63,603 nt of DNA, filler included, from Hyphochytrium catenoides (GCA_900088475.1; 11 parts of 11 records of this genome joined end to end with filler, not necessarily neighbours in it); one strand, 5' to 3'; counted from the whole stretch's first letter, positions 48,731-62,239 are shown. A program made the numbers and translations. The notes: a model not told the origin generated them from the sequence alone.

Positions 48731-49448
48731 ACTCTCTCTTGCTCACACTCCTCCTTTCCTGAGGCACAGTTTTCCTCTCTCTCTCTCTCTCTCTCTCTCC
48801 CTATTGTCTAATAATGAGGCTATAAAATGGCAAACGTGAAGATATAGCTTGTCTCCAAGACACTTTTTCTCATTAAAGAGCATAGAGAATGACTCATTCA
48901 ATAGAGTATCTGTCTCTCTCTCATTCCCTGTCTCTTTCTCTTCTGCTTTCTACTTCTCTCCCTCTCTCTCTCCGTCTCTCACTTTCATTGTGTTCGCCTT
49001 CTTGGATGTCAGGTGGAGAGAAAGAGTGTCTGCACGATCGGCAACTTTCTCGCCTGGTGCACCCATTAAATGCTTCTTTGCCTCTCTCTCTCTCTTATGT
49101 GGCTCTTTTCTCTCTCTTATATGGCTCTTCTCTCTCTCTCTCTCTCTGCTTCAACTGCTCTCTTCTCCCTGTGATAGAATAGATTCCTTTGGACTTCTCT
49201 TCTTCCCCAGCTTACTCTCTCTTTCTCTTCCCTGTCTCTTCTCTCTCTCCCGGTGCCGTCCATTGCCAGTATAAGGTGTAGAGATAAGAGAGAGAGAGAT
49301 GTCCGCAGCAGTAGAAAGCAGTGAGATACTCGTGCACATCAGGATATCGAGGGGGAGGAACGTAAAAGAGAGAGAGAAGATGAAGGAGAAAGATTCCTAA
49401 CACTGATGTCTGCAAATAAGCATGAGAAAGGGAGAGAAGATGGAGAGA

Positions 49449-49526
<78 letters not shown>

Positions 49527-50133
49527 AAGAGAGAGGGAAGATTTGGTCAGCTTTGACATTCTGTAGAACAGATGGTGTGGCCAGAGGCGAGAGGGAGGGA
49601 TGGCAGGCAGAGGAAGAGAAAGATGGAAAAAGAGAGAGAGAGAGAAAGAGAGGGACGGAAAGACTGAGAGAAGAAAGGAAAAGAAGGTGTTACAAGAAAC
49701 ACAAGGATCCTGTGTTAATGTAGGGAAGAGAAAACAGATAGTAACTAATAGGGACAGGTCCCAGAAAGAAGGGGAGAGAGAGAGAGAGAAGCTTCTGAGG
49801 AGGGTCTGCAAGGGAATAGAAAGTGGCAAGTTTAGAGGAAGAGTAGCGGTCAAGAGCGAGAAAGAAACAGAGAGAGAGAGAGAGAGCGACCGAGAGAGAG
49901 AAAGTGAAGAATGGCCCCCTTACCTGGACGTACAAGCGGATGAATCTGCCTGGAGTGCCATCCTTATTATGAAGCGGCGGTGGAGAAAGAGAGACATCTC
50001 TAGTTTCGCCTCTCTCCTCTCTCTTCTTCCTCNNNNNNNNNNNNNNNNNNNNNNNNNNNNNNNNNNNNNNNNNNNNTTAATTAATTAANNNNNNNNNNNN
50101 NNNNNNNNNNNNNNNNNNNNNNNNNNNNNNNNT

Positions 50134-50316
50134 GGTGCCTATTACACCGTGTACATGAACCCGAAGGACTTCTTCAAGGTGAAAGATAGTGAGAAATTCG
50201 TGAAGATGCTGCGGACCACCGACCTGCAGCTGACGCTGTCTGGAGACCTAAAGGTTCAGTACAAGCCTAGTAATGAGACATTAACTATCCATGGCTGGAC
50301 TGAGGTTTATTGGTAG
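50134..50316 (+). CDS. 3' end of an unknown protein-coding gene (contig edge)
   Basis: Open frame from the contig start: GAYYTVYMNPKDFFKVKDSEKFVKMLRTTDLQLTLSGDLKVQYKPSNETLTIHGWTEVYW*, with coding-like composition. Confidence 0.45.
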   Translation, partial: GAYYTVYMNPKDFFKVKDSEKFVKMLRTTDLQLTLSGDLKVQYKPSNETLTIHGWTEVYW

Positions 50317-51813
50317 ACAACGAGGGGCAGTTTGGGAATGATACGTTGTCTCACTCCAGAAGTCTTCAAAGTAGGTCCCACTGTTCTTCCTTCCCATCCT
50401 GACTCTTGCTTTTGCTTTGCTCCTAAATGTATCCTTTTGACGTCCTAGCGTGCACTGAGGGCACCTCATCAATCAATCCAGCTGAGAGCTTCGACCAACA
50501 GGCTAATCAACCATGTGTTATCTATAAAGGAGTAAATCCAATTAGTGAACTATTTGAATAAAAGCCCGGTGCAGGACGACCTTCTAGCTCATCTTTTTCT
50601 CCTTACGAGGAGGGCTATCCATTATTGATCTCTGGATTATCTGCTAACCTTTCTCTGTCACTAGTCGATTGACGAGAACTCCTCTTTTAAAATACAGCGG
50701 ACAATGAGGCTCTCAATAACTCTTAGAATCTCTCTCACGCTATGACCCTCTCAGCGACTCTCAAGAAGAAGATGATCTCATCCTCCAACCCTTCTACTCT
50801 CCTATCGGACATCTTTTCTCCCATTATTTATTGGGTTGTTGTCCAGACGTGCTCTAATAGCTGCTCCAATACGTCTGCTGCTAGGATGTACACATTGGTT
50901 ACTCGTCCCGCTCCATGCCATCGATCTCCATCAGCCCGAACATCATCCTTCACAGCTGGAACTTCCATCTCATCATCAGTCATCATCAGTCTTATTCCTA
51001 CTTCGACATCTTTCCAAGGTCTTGCAGAGCAGTCTGAGACGAGAAAGAGAGACAGACAGACAGAGACAGACAGAGAGAGACAGAGAGACAGAGGGAGAGA
51101 CAGACAGTTAGAAGAGAGAGAGAGAGACAGAAAGAGGAGACAGAGAGAGAGAGAGAGAGAGAGAGAAGGGGAGACCACACACAGAAAAATCAACCGGGTG
51201 AGTGAAAAATCGAGGAAGAGAGAGAAAGGAGATAGACAGAGCGAAGAGAGATAGAGAGAGGCAAATAAAGGAGGGTCAAACTGCAAGGAGAGAGCCAGAA
51301 AGAAGCTGTGAGAGAGACAAAACACCCACTCAAGAGATACCAAATACAGCAGAAAGCCGATCCCACTAATGATAACTTAGAAGATCAATCTCTAAGTTAT
51401 CAACCCATGAGGGGTAAAATGGCGGCAGAACTCAACGTTCCCAAAATTACGAAATTGGATGAACAGATTCGCAGATTATTGTGTCTTCATTCGTCTTCAT
51501 CGTCATCATAGAGATTTCTTGAAGACATTGCTGTCATTATATCGCGTCTCGGACACAATCGGTCCCTCCGTACCTACACTGTTCGCCTAGACGATATAAG
51601 CTACGCGTCCTCCCACCTTTCTATCATCGTGCTTTCAAGTCAGACTAGCAGTGAAGATGGTACGATTGTTCTTTGTGACAGGTCACGACTGTTTGCATGT
51701 TAACCCCCCCCCCNNNNNNNNNNNNNNNNNNNNNNNNNNNNNNNNNNNNNNNNNNNNTTAATTAATTAANNNNNNNNNNNNNNNNNNNNNNNNNNNNNNN
51801 NNNNNNNNNNNNN

Positions 51814-52678
51814 CAGGACGGCCACTTCCGTCAGGGACAAGTATAAGGACTGCAACAACCTCGGAGAGTTCAGAAAAGGTGACGCTCTGGGTGCACCCCT
51901 CCTCCTAGGAAGATGTCTCTTCGCTCTCCATGTAGCGGTGGTTATTTTTTCTTTCGTATTCCGCATTGCTTCTCTATGTGGGAAGGCAGTGCCCTCAAAA
52001 AGAGGAAAGATCTAATCACCTCTTAGGTCGCTGGTCGGATGAGGAAGAAGAGGCGCTGCGAAAGCTTGTTGAGAAGCACAGAGGCTCAGGCAAGTGCTCC
52101 TGATGGCGTTTGTGGTAGCGAGAACGAAGAAAGATTGAGAGAAGGAAGAGAGAGGGAGAGAGAAGATAGAGAAGAAACAGGAGTGTCAGAGAGTGACTTT
52201 GCTATTCCCCTGTTTGTTATTCCTCTTGTGCTATTCTCTCTTAGTAGGGCGCTTGGCTGTTTGGCTAGCCTTTTCCTTCCTCACCTGAACACACTATAAG
52301 GCTCTGCATAGCACCTTATTTGTCAACTTCACTTTTCCACTGTCACTGTCAAAGGTTTTCGCTAGCTCATTTGTCTCTCTTCCTTTTAACATTTGGCATC
52401 ATCTTGGCTCTGTCTCCTCAACTGAAGATGGCGTTATCTCGTGGGCCGCCGTCTCCGCTGGCCTTCGCACGAGGAACATGACTGACTGCCGGTGCAAGTG
52501 GCGGCTGATGCAACAGACCGAAAAGAACTTTGAGATTGCCAAGAACTCTGGGTGGGAGAAGCCTAAGCTCAAGAGTGATGGGACGAGACCCAGGACGACC
52601 AATCCCCCTAGAGATATTACTATTTTGAAGGTGGGATGTATCGAACGGAGAAGGGAGTTCTGGAGCATCTGCCGCTGA
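51814..52678 (+). CDS. Myb-repeat DNA-binding protein (Reb1/TTF1/DMTF1-like), partial
   Basis: Spliced reading RTATSVRDKYK...FRKG/RWSDEEEEALRKLVEKH..S/DGVISWAAVSAGLRTRNMTDCRCKW. The 3' end is uncertain. Confidence 0.85.
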
Positions 52679-53534
52679 ATATTCAAAGAGCGAGGAGGGT
52701 AAAGGCAGGGGAAGACGGTGGAAGGAACGGATAGAGACAGAACTACCGACTTCAAAAGGAGAGACTGGGAGTACGGCTGTCACGTCGGATATAATGGAAT
52801 AGGATTGGGGCTTGAGGCTGAAAGAAGCTTCTGGGCGATCGTTTGCGGCATAGTGTTGACCTCTTTTATCCGTCCGCTCTGCCTATCGCCACTCTCTTTT
52901 GCCCCATCTCTCTTGACTCCTAGGACCTGAAGCTACTTGAGGAACTTTATAAGTCAGGAGCCGAGGATTCCTCTGAGGTAGTTTGGTCTCGCCTGGGCCA
53001 TCCTCAAGCTCGAACCAGATGGAACCAGCTGAAGAGAAACGTCCCTGGTACTTTCCTGCCTGTCCCGCTTGCTGCCTATGAACTTGCTCTTTCTTCCTTG
53101 TTGTTGAGGCATTGTTCAAGGGACCTTTCCCTGTCGCTATGTGTCTGATCTGAGTCCTTTCTCTCTTAGCCTGCCTCTTTACGTTTGTCGGTCTCACTTG
53201 AGCATCATTCCCTCTCTTAGCCTCTCCACCGTTTGACCTCTTATTAGGGGCGATATAACATCAGTTCCTCCTCTTACTGCTATGATTGAATGCTTCTGAT
53301 GTGTGACCCGATCTCACTACTCTGACCGCTTGTTCTTACTTTTAGAGTGCGTTTATTTTCCATCACGCCCGCTGATATATAGTTCCTCATCGTCTGCTGC
53401 ATGCCCCATCACGCTCTCTCTCCTTGCTTTGCTTNNNNNNNNNNNNNNNNNNNNNNNNNNNNNNNNNNNNNNNNNNNNTTAATTAATTAANNNNNNNNNN
53501 NNNNNNNNNNNNNNNNNNNNNNNNNNNNNNNNNN

Positions 53535-53640
53535 GCAGAACTATGTTGGGAATTGGAGGCCAATGCTCATCGTCGTCCGGCGGGTTGGAAATCGCGCATT
53601 AAGGGTAAAGATAGTAAGCCAGCTGCAAAGCCTGCAGCTG
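53535..53640 (+). mobile_element. Ty1/copia gag tail fragment (second copy)
   Basis: AELCWELEANAHRRPAGWKSR parallels ADCFELPENAARRPTGWKSR, which follows the zinc knuckle at 56140-56200. Confidence 0.65.
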
Positions 53641-55460
53641 CATTATATTTGTTTTATAACAATAGCCGGTACAGTAGGTCTAATAACAGCTATATCAATA
53701 GCTTTAGGCTTCGCCTAGGGCTCGCCCGACGTTACTAGTGCGTAATCCAGCCTTCGGCTGCATTATTAGTGGAAGATGCTTGGATCACTGATTTAGTTGT
53801 ACAAGTAACACCAGGAGCTCTCCATTCCTTCTACATTGTTTTAGAACTCGAGAACTAGTTCTATCAGTAATATTTCCTAGAGGAGGTAGGCACACTTTTA
53901 AGGGATCTCTCTACTCCTTCACCCACGCTTCCTACAGCAGAGTAGTGAGTGAGTGTGAGTGAGTGAGTGGCGAAACATTCAGCGAAACTTTCTCAACTCT
54001 CAAATGCTGCAAGAGTCGCGTGACATGTCACCTTCACCCTCAGCTCCTACAGCTAAAAAACAGGATTGTAGGTGATGCGTCTCAGGTACTGTGAGGTTAC
54101 AACACAAATTCGCGTAGACGCACGCGATCTGCCTCGGTTTATAGTGATACGTCTCGCGTTACAAATTCGATTTATTCTCATAGAAACCCTTTCGCTCCTG
54201 GTCTGACCCCTTTTCTATCTCCAAAGTACACAAACAATGATTCAAAACCCAAAGGAAAAGCCCAAACAGTGATTAGTAATAAGTAGCAGGCCCGCTGTCG
54301 CGGTGCTGGGGGGCCCTTGGCCTTTATAATTCTTTTGAACTTACTGGTAGCGCACAAAGTGCGTTTCTAAAAGGGTGTACGGGCAGAAGAGCACTGGTGC
54401 TCACGAGCGGGGACCGACCACACCCAATGAAAAGTCGGTGTCCGGTACGTCGAAGAACAAGACGAACATTATCCAAAGGCTGCGCTGAGTACTCAGTTTT
54501 GAAAGACATGTACGTAAAGACCGCTTTTAGCAGTCCATGTAGAGGATTGAGGCGCACTACGGATATGTAGAACATGTGCGTCGGGACATGCTCAATGCAG
54601 CATGTGCGGAATGGAAGCGCACCACAGATGTGTTTTGGACGTGCACACACATACACACATACATACACACATACATACATGCATACATACATACACACAC
54701 ACAATTTCGCGTTTCAGACCCTTGACCTGAAGGCCAAGGGCAAAATCCAAATAGTGAAACTTTGATCACAAACACACACACACACACACAGACAACACAA
54801 AAAGTCCATTTGTGCTGAAGCCCCTATGGGTTGAAATTGAGGCTCGCCCTTCGGGCTCGCAATAAATACAGCTAGAACAGGGAGGAGTTGGAGTGGATTT
54901 GGTTCCTCAGTATAGTATGGGGAATAGGGAAAAGCGGAACAACGACAACAGAGTACAGCGTCAAAAGGAACTAGAGTACGATTGGACTATACAGTACCGA
55001 AACCTGCCCCCTTTCGTGCAACATATACACCCTTTGGCTTGTTTGGGAATGAACTAATGAACCCAAAGACGAACAATATACTTTCGATGAATTGATTATT
55101 TGGTGATTACAAAAACTGACCAATCACAGAATTAACGACGTTTGCATTTGTTTTCAAAGTCCTTTTGGCTTCTTTTCACCCCCCTTTTCATGTTCCTATC
55201 TACTTAAGCTCTTACATTTATTCGAACCAAGAAAGCTTATCTAAATGGTGATTGGAAACAAATCATGAATTAACGTCAACCTCAGAATTGTGCTGGTCCG
55301 GGGGTACGATTTACTACCTGTGAACAGACAGACAGACAGATACACAGACAGACAGACAGACAGACAGACGCGGACGAACAAGTCGGGAAAAATTCTGCAC
55401 CGCCTGACGCAAAAACCTAAACAAAAAAGCTTGGCCCTTCGGGCTCGCCAATTACAAGTT
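53640..55460. mobile_element. Cluster of non-autonomous Helitron/Helentron-like elements
   Basis: (ACAT/AC)n and (ACAG)n tracts are each followed by a shared gcccttcgggctcgc-aat terminal hairpin (54846, 55434). Related hairpins lie at 53705 and 53748. There is no coding capacity. Confidence 0.5.
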
Positions 55461-55489
55461 AGCACAGTTAGCTGCTACTAGTATTATGT

Positions 55490-58400
55490 ATGGCGATAGA
55501 CCACCATCTAAATGAGTGGCTTTGAGAGAGTCAGACACTGCTGGCTGATGGCAAAGACCCGCTCACCAGTAAGGATTTCATAGAGACAAGCAAGAAGAAG
55601 TGGAAGAAGAATGATCGGAAGACGATCAACAAACTGATTTCCCTAGTTTCTGATGAGCTCCTGTCGCTGCTGGAAGGGCAAGAGTCAGCGTACGCGGGAT
55701 GCTCAAATTGCAGGAGCAGATGGATGGAAAGGAAGGGACAACGACGTCCTCAGGCGTCTCCAGGAGATCGCCAACTCAAGTTTTGATTCTGGAGGCACCA
55801 CCTCTCTGACCACCTGATCACCCTGAAACAGAGGACAAACGCTCTAAAGAATAACTTTCTCCGTCCTTTGGCTCTATAATAGTGAGCCACCTGTACGTCC
55901 TAGGGACTTCCACTCTGGCTGCAGATGAGGTCATCAACCGTATTATGGCTAATGAACAGAGAAAAGTGTCTAGCTCTGTACACTTTCAGGTTAATAAATC
56001 TACCCTCTTCGGAGATGAATGCACTCTCTCTGCTCCAGGGGAATGGAAAAGAGAAGATCTCCCACATCAGCGAAGACAGGAGAAACCTGCGCGTGGTAGC
56101 AGGCAGTGCGGCATCTGCCGGAAAAGGGGACATACCAGCGCAGACTGTTTTGAACTTCCGGAGAACGCTGCTCGCAGGCCAACTGGCTGGAAGTCTCGCG
56201 TCCACTTGGACAAGTTGCCGTTGGTACAGGAGCCCAGCAGTTGAAGCAATGCTCAGCAACTAGTGCTCTCATAGCTGCTCTCCTATCCTCCACTTCTTCT
56301 TCACCAGGAGCTCTATCATCAGTTGACACTAATGAATTGGGATTAGCCAATCAGTATACAAAGTCTTCTGTCGACTCTGTTGGATTATATGGGATGATTG
56401 GACAATGCCATTAGATGAGAGTGCTCCACTGATAAGCCCAACTGGGGTCCCATAATCTAGAGCTATTCTGACTCTGCCAACTATTCCAAAAAACGCGAAG
56501 ATATGGAGTTATAGAGATATCCCTGTCTAGAATAGGCAGTCCTGAAGGTATTTTGGGGTACTGACCATAAGCCATAGATATAAACAGGGAGATTTCGTTT
56601 GCTTTATATCTCGGCTTCTACTGGGACTTTGGAGCTGAAACCTGGGTAGTTAAGCTTGCCAGCTTGTAGTCCACATAGCTGTGCCCTCTGCCCTCAGACT
56701 CCAGCACCTCCCCGCAGCTCGAACTCCCTATTGTAGGGTCGAAGCTGAACATTCAACACAATCACACCGTAGAACACAACGCCCCCTTCAACTCGTCCAC
56801 TCCGATGTTGGCGTTGTCAATGATGAATTTTACAGAGCTGGGTGGCAATGCCTGAATTTCTGTATGAGCACAATCTAGATGAAACGATAACAAAGGGACT
56901 GGGTATTGATCTGTGATTGAGATTTCCCTGAATGATCGCTGAGTCCTGAGAGTCTGGTCTCGAGATCTTTTGCTTGGCCCAGCTTCCCTCATCATCTCTC
57001 TCTCCTGTGCTGCTCCTGTGTTCTTCTGGAACTTCTTCTCACATCCCTATTTCCCATAACACAGGTTTACCCGTAACGTCTCGTAAGCCTTACCACGCTC
57101 AGCCCCGTAAGACAGCAAGACTGCTGGAACTTCTGCACGCCGACGGTGGCATTGTCAATACTCGTAGCTATCAAGGCTATGTACATTTTCTGCTCGTGGT
57201 GGATGATCACTCTCGGAGGTGCTTTGTGCAATTTCTTCAAGGCAAAAGAGAAACAGAAGCTAAGTTGGAGGAGCTCATTCTTTTCATGGAGAACCAGACG
57301 GGTGAGCGCGTGAAGGAGATACGCTCCGATCGCGGGGGAGAGTTCGTTAGTTCGTTAGCAGTGCTGCACACAAAGTGTGCTCTCGCCGCGGCATCCTGCA
57401 CTCTCCTACACCTGCTTATTCCCCCTCTAGCAACGGCTGTTGTGAACGCTGGATGAGAACTGTCATGCAGGAGACGAGATGCCTTCTGATTGCTACTGAC
57501 CTACCTCGTTTTTTTGGGCAGATGCATTGGGCCTCCGCAGTTCATGTGATCAACCCCTGTCCTACTGCTTCACTCAATGGCTCTACCCCCTACGAAAAGT
57601 GGTATGGCAAGCCGCCTGATGTTGGTCATCTACGCGTCTTTGGTTCACTTGCGTATGCTTTAAAGCCGTCGACGATGCTGCGAAAGCTTGATGCGCGGAG
57701 CTCTCGGTATATCTTGGTAGGGTATGACTCTGGCACCCATGGCTATCGACTGTACGATCCTCTAACCAAGAGAATCTCTGTGCGGCGTGATCTGGTCATC
57801 GACGAGTCTCGCTCTAGGGCCTTTCTACTCAAACAGGCAAATAGGCAGCACCATTATGACTATGTCTCTTTGTTTCCCATCATAGGGAGCGAAGAAGCAA
57901 ATGCCGCTGAAGCAGCGCAAGTAAGTGGTGAAGCGAGTGCAGCGAGACAAGCAGAAAAAGAAAGTGAACCTTCTGCTGACGAAGCAAGTCCAGAGGAACC
58001 CACCAATGACTGTCTGGGGCCGGAGCCAGAGAGCAACGTTGCTGATGGGACGGAGACGAGCGAGCTTGGCGAAGACGAAGATCATCCCGCAGCTTCTTCT
58101 CCCTCCTCTTCGACCACAATCACTTCTCTACTCGGTCCTCCTATCACTCGTGGTCGTGATAGGCTGCTACAAGAAGACTCTCTCTCTTTTCCAGTAGGCC
58201 AGGCTAATCTTCTCCATGTCTATCTCTTAACTGAAAACAGTCCGCGAGGCACTCTCTGGACCTCATGCCACAGAATGGCTAGCCGCCATTACCTCAGAGC
58301 TTACATCAATGCAGTCCCATGAGGTTTACGATCTAGTGCCCCCCACCTCCCGGCGCTCATCTTATCGGCTCTCAATGGATCTTTAGGGTCAACTTGCATA

Positions 58401-58710
58401 GCCATGGCTCAGTGGACAAGTACAAGGCACGTCTAGTCGCTCTTGGCAATCGACAGAAGCAAGGTATTGACTTCAGCGAGGTCTTTGCTCCAGTGATAGG
58501 GCATGACACTGTCCGCTGCCTTCTCTCGCTCGCCGCCATGCTGGATCTAGAAGTGCATCATGTCGATATCAAGACTGCCTTCCTGAACGGCAATCTCGAC
58601 GAGCAGGTGTACATGCGTCAACCACTGGGCTTTGCAACCGCTGGACAAGAAGATCACGCCTGGAAGCTGAAGAAGTCGATATATGGTCTCCGCCAGAGCC
58701 CCAAGATGTG
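55490..58710 (+). mobile_element. Ty1/copia LTR retrotransposon, degenerate and nested: gag, integrase, RT
   Basis: Zinc knuckle CGICRKRGHTSADC. Integrase LELLHAD...VVDDHSR...IRSDRGGEF...NGCCER, HLRVFGS, KLDARS and GYRLYDP. RT KYKARLVALG...VDIKTAFLNG...LKKSIYGLRQSP. Integrase precedes RT, several frameshifts are present, and the contig end truncates it. Confidence 0.95.
56378..56758. repeat. Putative solo LTR inserted in the copia element
   Basis: TGTTGGAT...ATTCAACA inverted termini around 381 bp of non-coding DNA with a TATA-like motif. No clean TSD. Confidence 0.5.
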
Positions 58711-59486
58711 NNNNNNNNNNNNNNNNNNNNNNNNNNNNNNNNNNNNNNNNNNNNTTAATTAATTAANNNNNNNNNNNNNNNNNNNNNNNNNNNNNNNNNN
58801 NNNNNNNNNNATAGAAAGGCACCTGGACGACATCCCTTTCCACTGTGTCAGAGGAGAGAAGCTTCACGCCGAGGCGCTCCAGGCCTTCCAGCGCAGAGCC
58901 TGAGAACTCCTCTTGCAGGTGATTGCCTCCGTCCGAACCCTGGCGAAGGAGTGAGTGAGAGAGAGAGAGAGAGTGAGAGAGAGAGAAAGAGAGAAAGAGA
59001 AAAAAAAAAGAGAGAGAGAGAGAGAAGAAAGAAAGAGAAGTGAGTAGCGCCGGACAGAGTGAGTGGATTAGCTGCAGCTGGAGAGGAATAGAGAGAGGAA
59101 GTGTGTCAGAGGCTTTGGATAGGAAGAGAGCCCTTTTGGCGAAGGAGAAGAGATGGTGCCAGCACCTCTTGCTGCTGGGAGAGCTCCAGATGCGACGGCA
59201 GAGGCACTGGCTTTGGGACGGGAAAGAGCCCCTCGTTGGAGATCTCTCCCGTCCCTTCCAAAGCCTCCTTCGCCATCATTCTCACGCGCGGATCAGCCGT
59301 GAGAGTGGGCTCTGTAGATATCTCTTCTATCCAGCTAGTTCCCTCGCCGCAGCCGAGGCCTCTGGGGTGGAAGCCTCTTTAAGTGCTCAGGGCAGGGAAG
59401 AGAGAGTACTCTGGATCTTCTATCCTGTCTGGATTTCCCGGCCTGCGGCTCATTGTAGGTCGCCTCTTACCTTCCTCAAACCCTGA

Positions 59487-59545
<59 letters not shown>

Positions 59546-59963
59546 CTCTCTCTTGCTGGTTTGCTCGCTGTCTTAGGAAGGAGGCTTCATGAACAGCAGC
59601 AATGCGACCATGAGGAAGAAGGAAAGATGTGAAAGAAGAAGAGAAAGAGAAAACCGATTGCGAATCTCCCTAACATAAAGACAGGCTTCCTCACGCAAGA
59701 AACCCCAAAGAGTGATGGTCCACTTCTTCCTCCCTCTGTTCTCCTTTCACAGCATCACCCTATGTAGTTCTATGTATGTACGTACTTACAAGGTCTACAG
59801 AGCTCCCTAGAGAGGTTGATTCCCCTGGAGGAGCTCTGAAGCACGACCGCCAAACTGTTATGTTTCAAACTCGTTGGGAAGAGCGCGCGAGAGAGAGAGA
59901 GACAGAGAGAGACAGAGAGAGACAGAGAGAGACAGAGAGAGAAAGAAAGAGGAGGGAGAGAGA

Positions 59964-59994
<31 letters not shown>

Positions 59995-60970
59995 AGAAAG
60001 AGGAGGGAGAGAGAGAGAGGGAGAGAGAAGAAGAAACACAGCAGCCACTCTTGGACACAACGAGAACGAGGTAAAAAGAGGAAAGAGGGAGCCACCCACA
60101 GAGAGAGAGAGACAGCAAGAGCGACAGAGGAGGTCCCGCAGAAGTGAAGGGGCTGGGAGGNNNNNNNNNNNNNNNNNNNNNNNNNNNNNNNNNNNNNNNN
60201 NNNNTTAATTAATTAANNNNNNNNNNNNNNNNNNNNNNNNNNNNNNNNNNNNNNNNNNNNGAGAGAGAGAGAGAGAGGGGGAAAGGGCGACGCTTGAAAG
60301 AGAAAACATTTCTCCCAAGCCAGCAGACAAGACTAGCAACCCCAAGGTGGGGAGGGAGTAAGGATAAGATGACAGAGAGAGAGTGAAAAGATCCTGCAAC
60401 TGGCGCATAGTGGTCCTTGGCGGCTCTGCTCTACTTTCTCTCTCTCTCTCTCCCTCTCCCTCCATCTTTCTTCTCTCTCTCTCTTTCTCTCTTTTTCTTT
60501 TTCTCTCTCTTCTCATTTTCTTAGTGGTAGGTTGCTTCCAAAAGAACGACGTAGGGCCTGAGCAACCTGTAACCAGCGATTACTTGTGGTTCTGCTTACT
60601 ATTCTTACAATCCTGCCTCTCTCTTTTTCTCTCCGCTCTTCCTCCTTGAGAGCTCTCTCCCTCCTCCCTCCTGCCCTGCCGAGAGAGCTTCGGTGTCTAT
60701 CCCTCCTGGTCCCCCTCTAACTACTTTTCTTCACAAACTGCCTCCCAAATAAAATGTCACTCATAAAGTGATCATCCTTGGCACCAGGCAGGACAAGTCA
60801 AGGGTGAGAGAGAGAGAGAGAGAGAGAGACGGAAAGAGAATAAGCCCAGAGAGAGAACTTACGAACTCTGTAGCTGTTAGCGTCATCTTCTCTCTTAAGC
60901 TTCATGATTCCTCCGGGAGACCACCGAACACCATTCGCTTATTATTGTTGCACTTCGAGATAACAAGGAG

Positions 60971-61005
<35 letters not shown>

Positions 61006-62239
61006 GAAAAAGAAGCAGAGAGAAGAAGCAAACGCACCCGTTGTTAAGGACAAAGAAGGATGGGGGCGCAGCAGCAGATGGGGCCAACAGATTCGTAGAC
61101 AAAAACTCATTTCTCACCTCGAGTGCTCTTTTTACCGCCAGCCACGCCAATGGAGAAGGAAAAGACTCTTCGCCCTTGCTGTGTCTATCCAATGCAGAGG
61201 AGAGGCTGTCTCTCTGCTACTGCTGGGAGGCGGCGCGAAGATAGAAGCGCCGGCAGTGTAGAGAAGAAGTCAATAAGTGGAGATCCAGTAAGAGTGAGGG
61301 GAGAGTAGAAAGCTAGCTAGGACGAGAGGAGATGATGATTGAGTTGCTCTGTAAAGTTCTTAACCCTGGGCAAAGCATGACATAGCAAAAAATCTCATAT
61401 GGAAGAAGGGTTAAGAAAAGTTAGGAAGAGAGACAGTGAAATGAACTCTTCTCTCTCTCTCTCTCTCTCTCTCCCAGACGCCAAAGTGCCAGCAGAGGAA
61501 GACCTGGATGACAGAAGAGAAGGAAGGGAGAATAGAAGCCTAGTAGTAGGAGAGGAGAAAGCAAGGGGACAGATTCAGGGATCCCGCCGCTGAATGATGG
61601 GCCCGAATATGCAGGAGTATAAGAAAGAGAGAGAGAGAGAAAGAGAGAATAATAGAGAAAGAGCTTGAAAGGTGAGAAAGGAGGAAGGAAGATTGCCGTC
61701 GAAGAGACACTCAAGGTTTATTAGAGAAGAGAGAATAAGATAGGAGAAACTTCATGGATGAAAGTAAGGCAAGGACGATGATCCAGGAGCGTGCTGGGGG
61801 AGAGAGCAGAGGGCTAGCCCACTGTTACACGGTAGGAGAGGCTGGGGATGGAAGAGGAGAGAAGCTAGAAGAGGAAGTGATCTCACCGCCTGATGGTGAC
61901 GCTAGGATTCTCCTTCCTGCTGACAGAAGCTGCGGCTCTCTAGGATATTACTTGCGACAAGCAAAGAAAAGCAGCGCAAGACGAAAGAAACGATGTTCCC
62001 TGACTGACAGATGCTTCCGATGCAGACCATGCAGACGAGTCTTGGTTCTTTGTACACTAAGGCCAAAGAGACGACAGGAACGAGAGAACTCAGATCGCGG
62101 GCGCTGTGGTCCTGGGATAGCAAAGAGGAGGAGAGGAAANNNNNNNNNNNNNNNNNNNNNNNNNNNNNNNNNNNNNNNNNNNNTTAATTAATTAANNNNN
62201 NNNNNNNNNNNNNNNNNNNNNNNNNNNNNNNNNNNNNNN

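Noticed and set aside
58811-62139. ORFs on two small contigs (e.g. 59040-59486, 61754-62139)
   Set aside because: Low-complexity sequence with no recognisable domain or consistent exon chain.
19765-62195. Recurring TTAATTAATTAA palindrome as a biological repeat, CRISPR-like array or piggyBac target
   Set aside because: It is always centred in an exact N44-12-N44 block, so it is an assembly linker.
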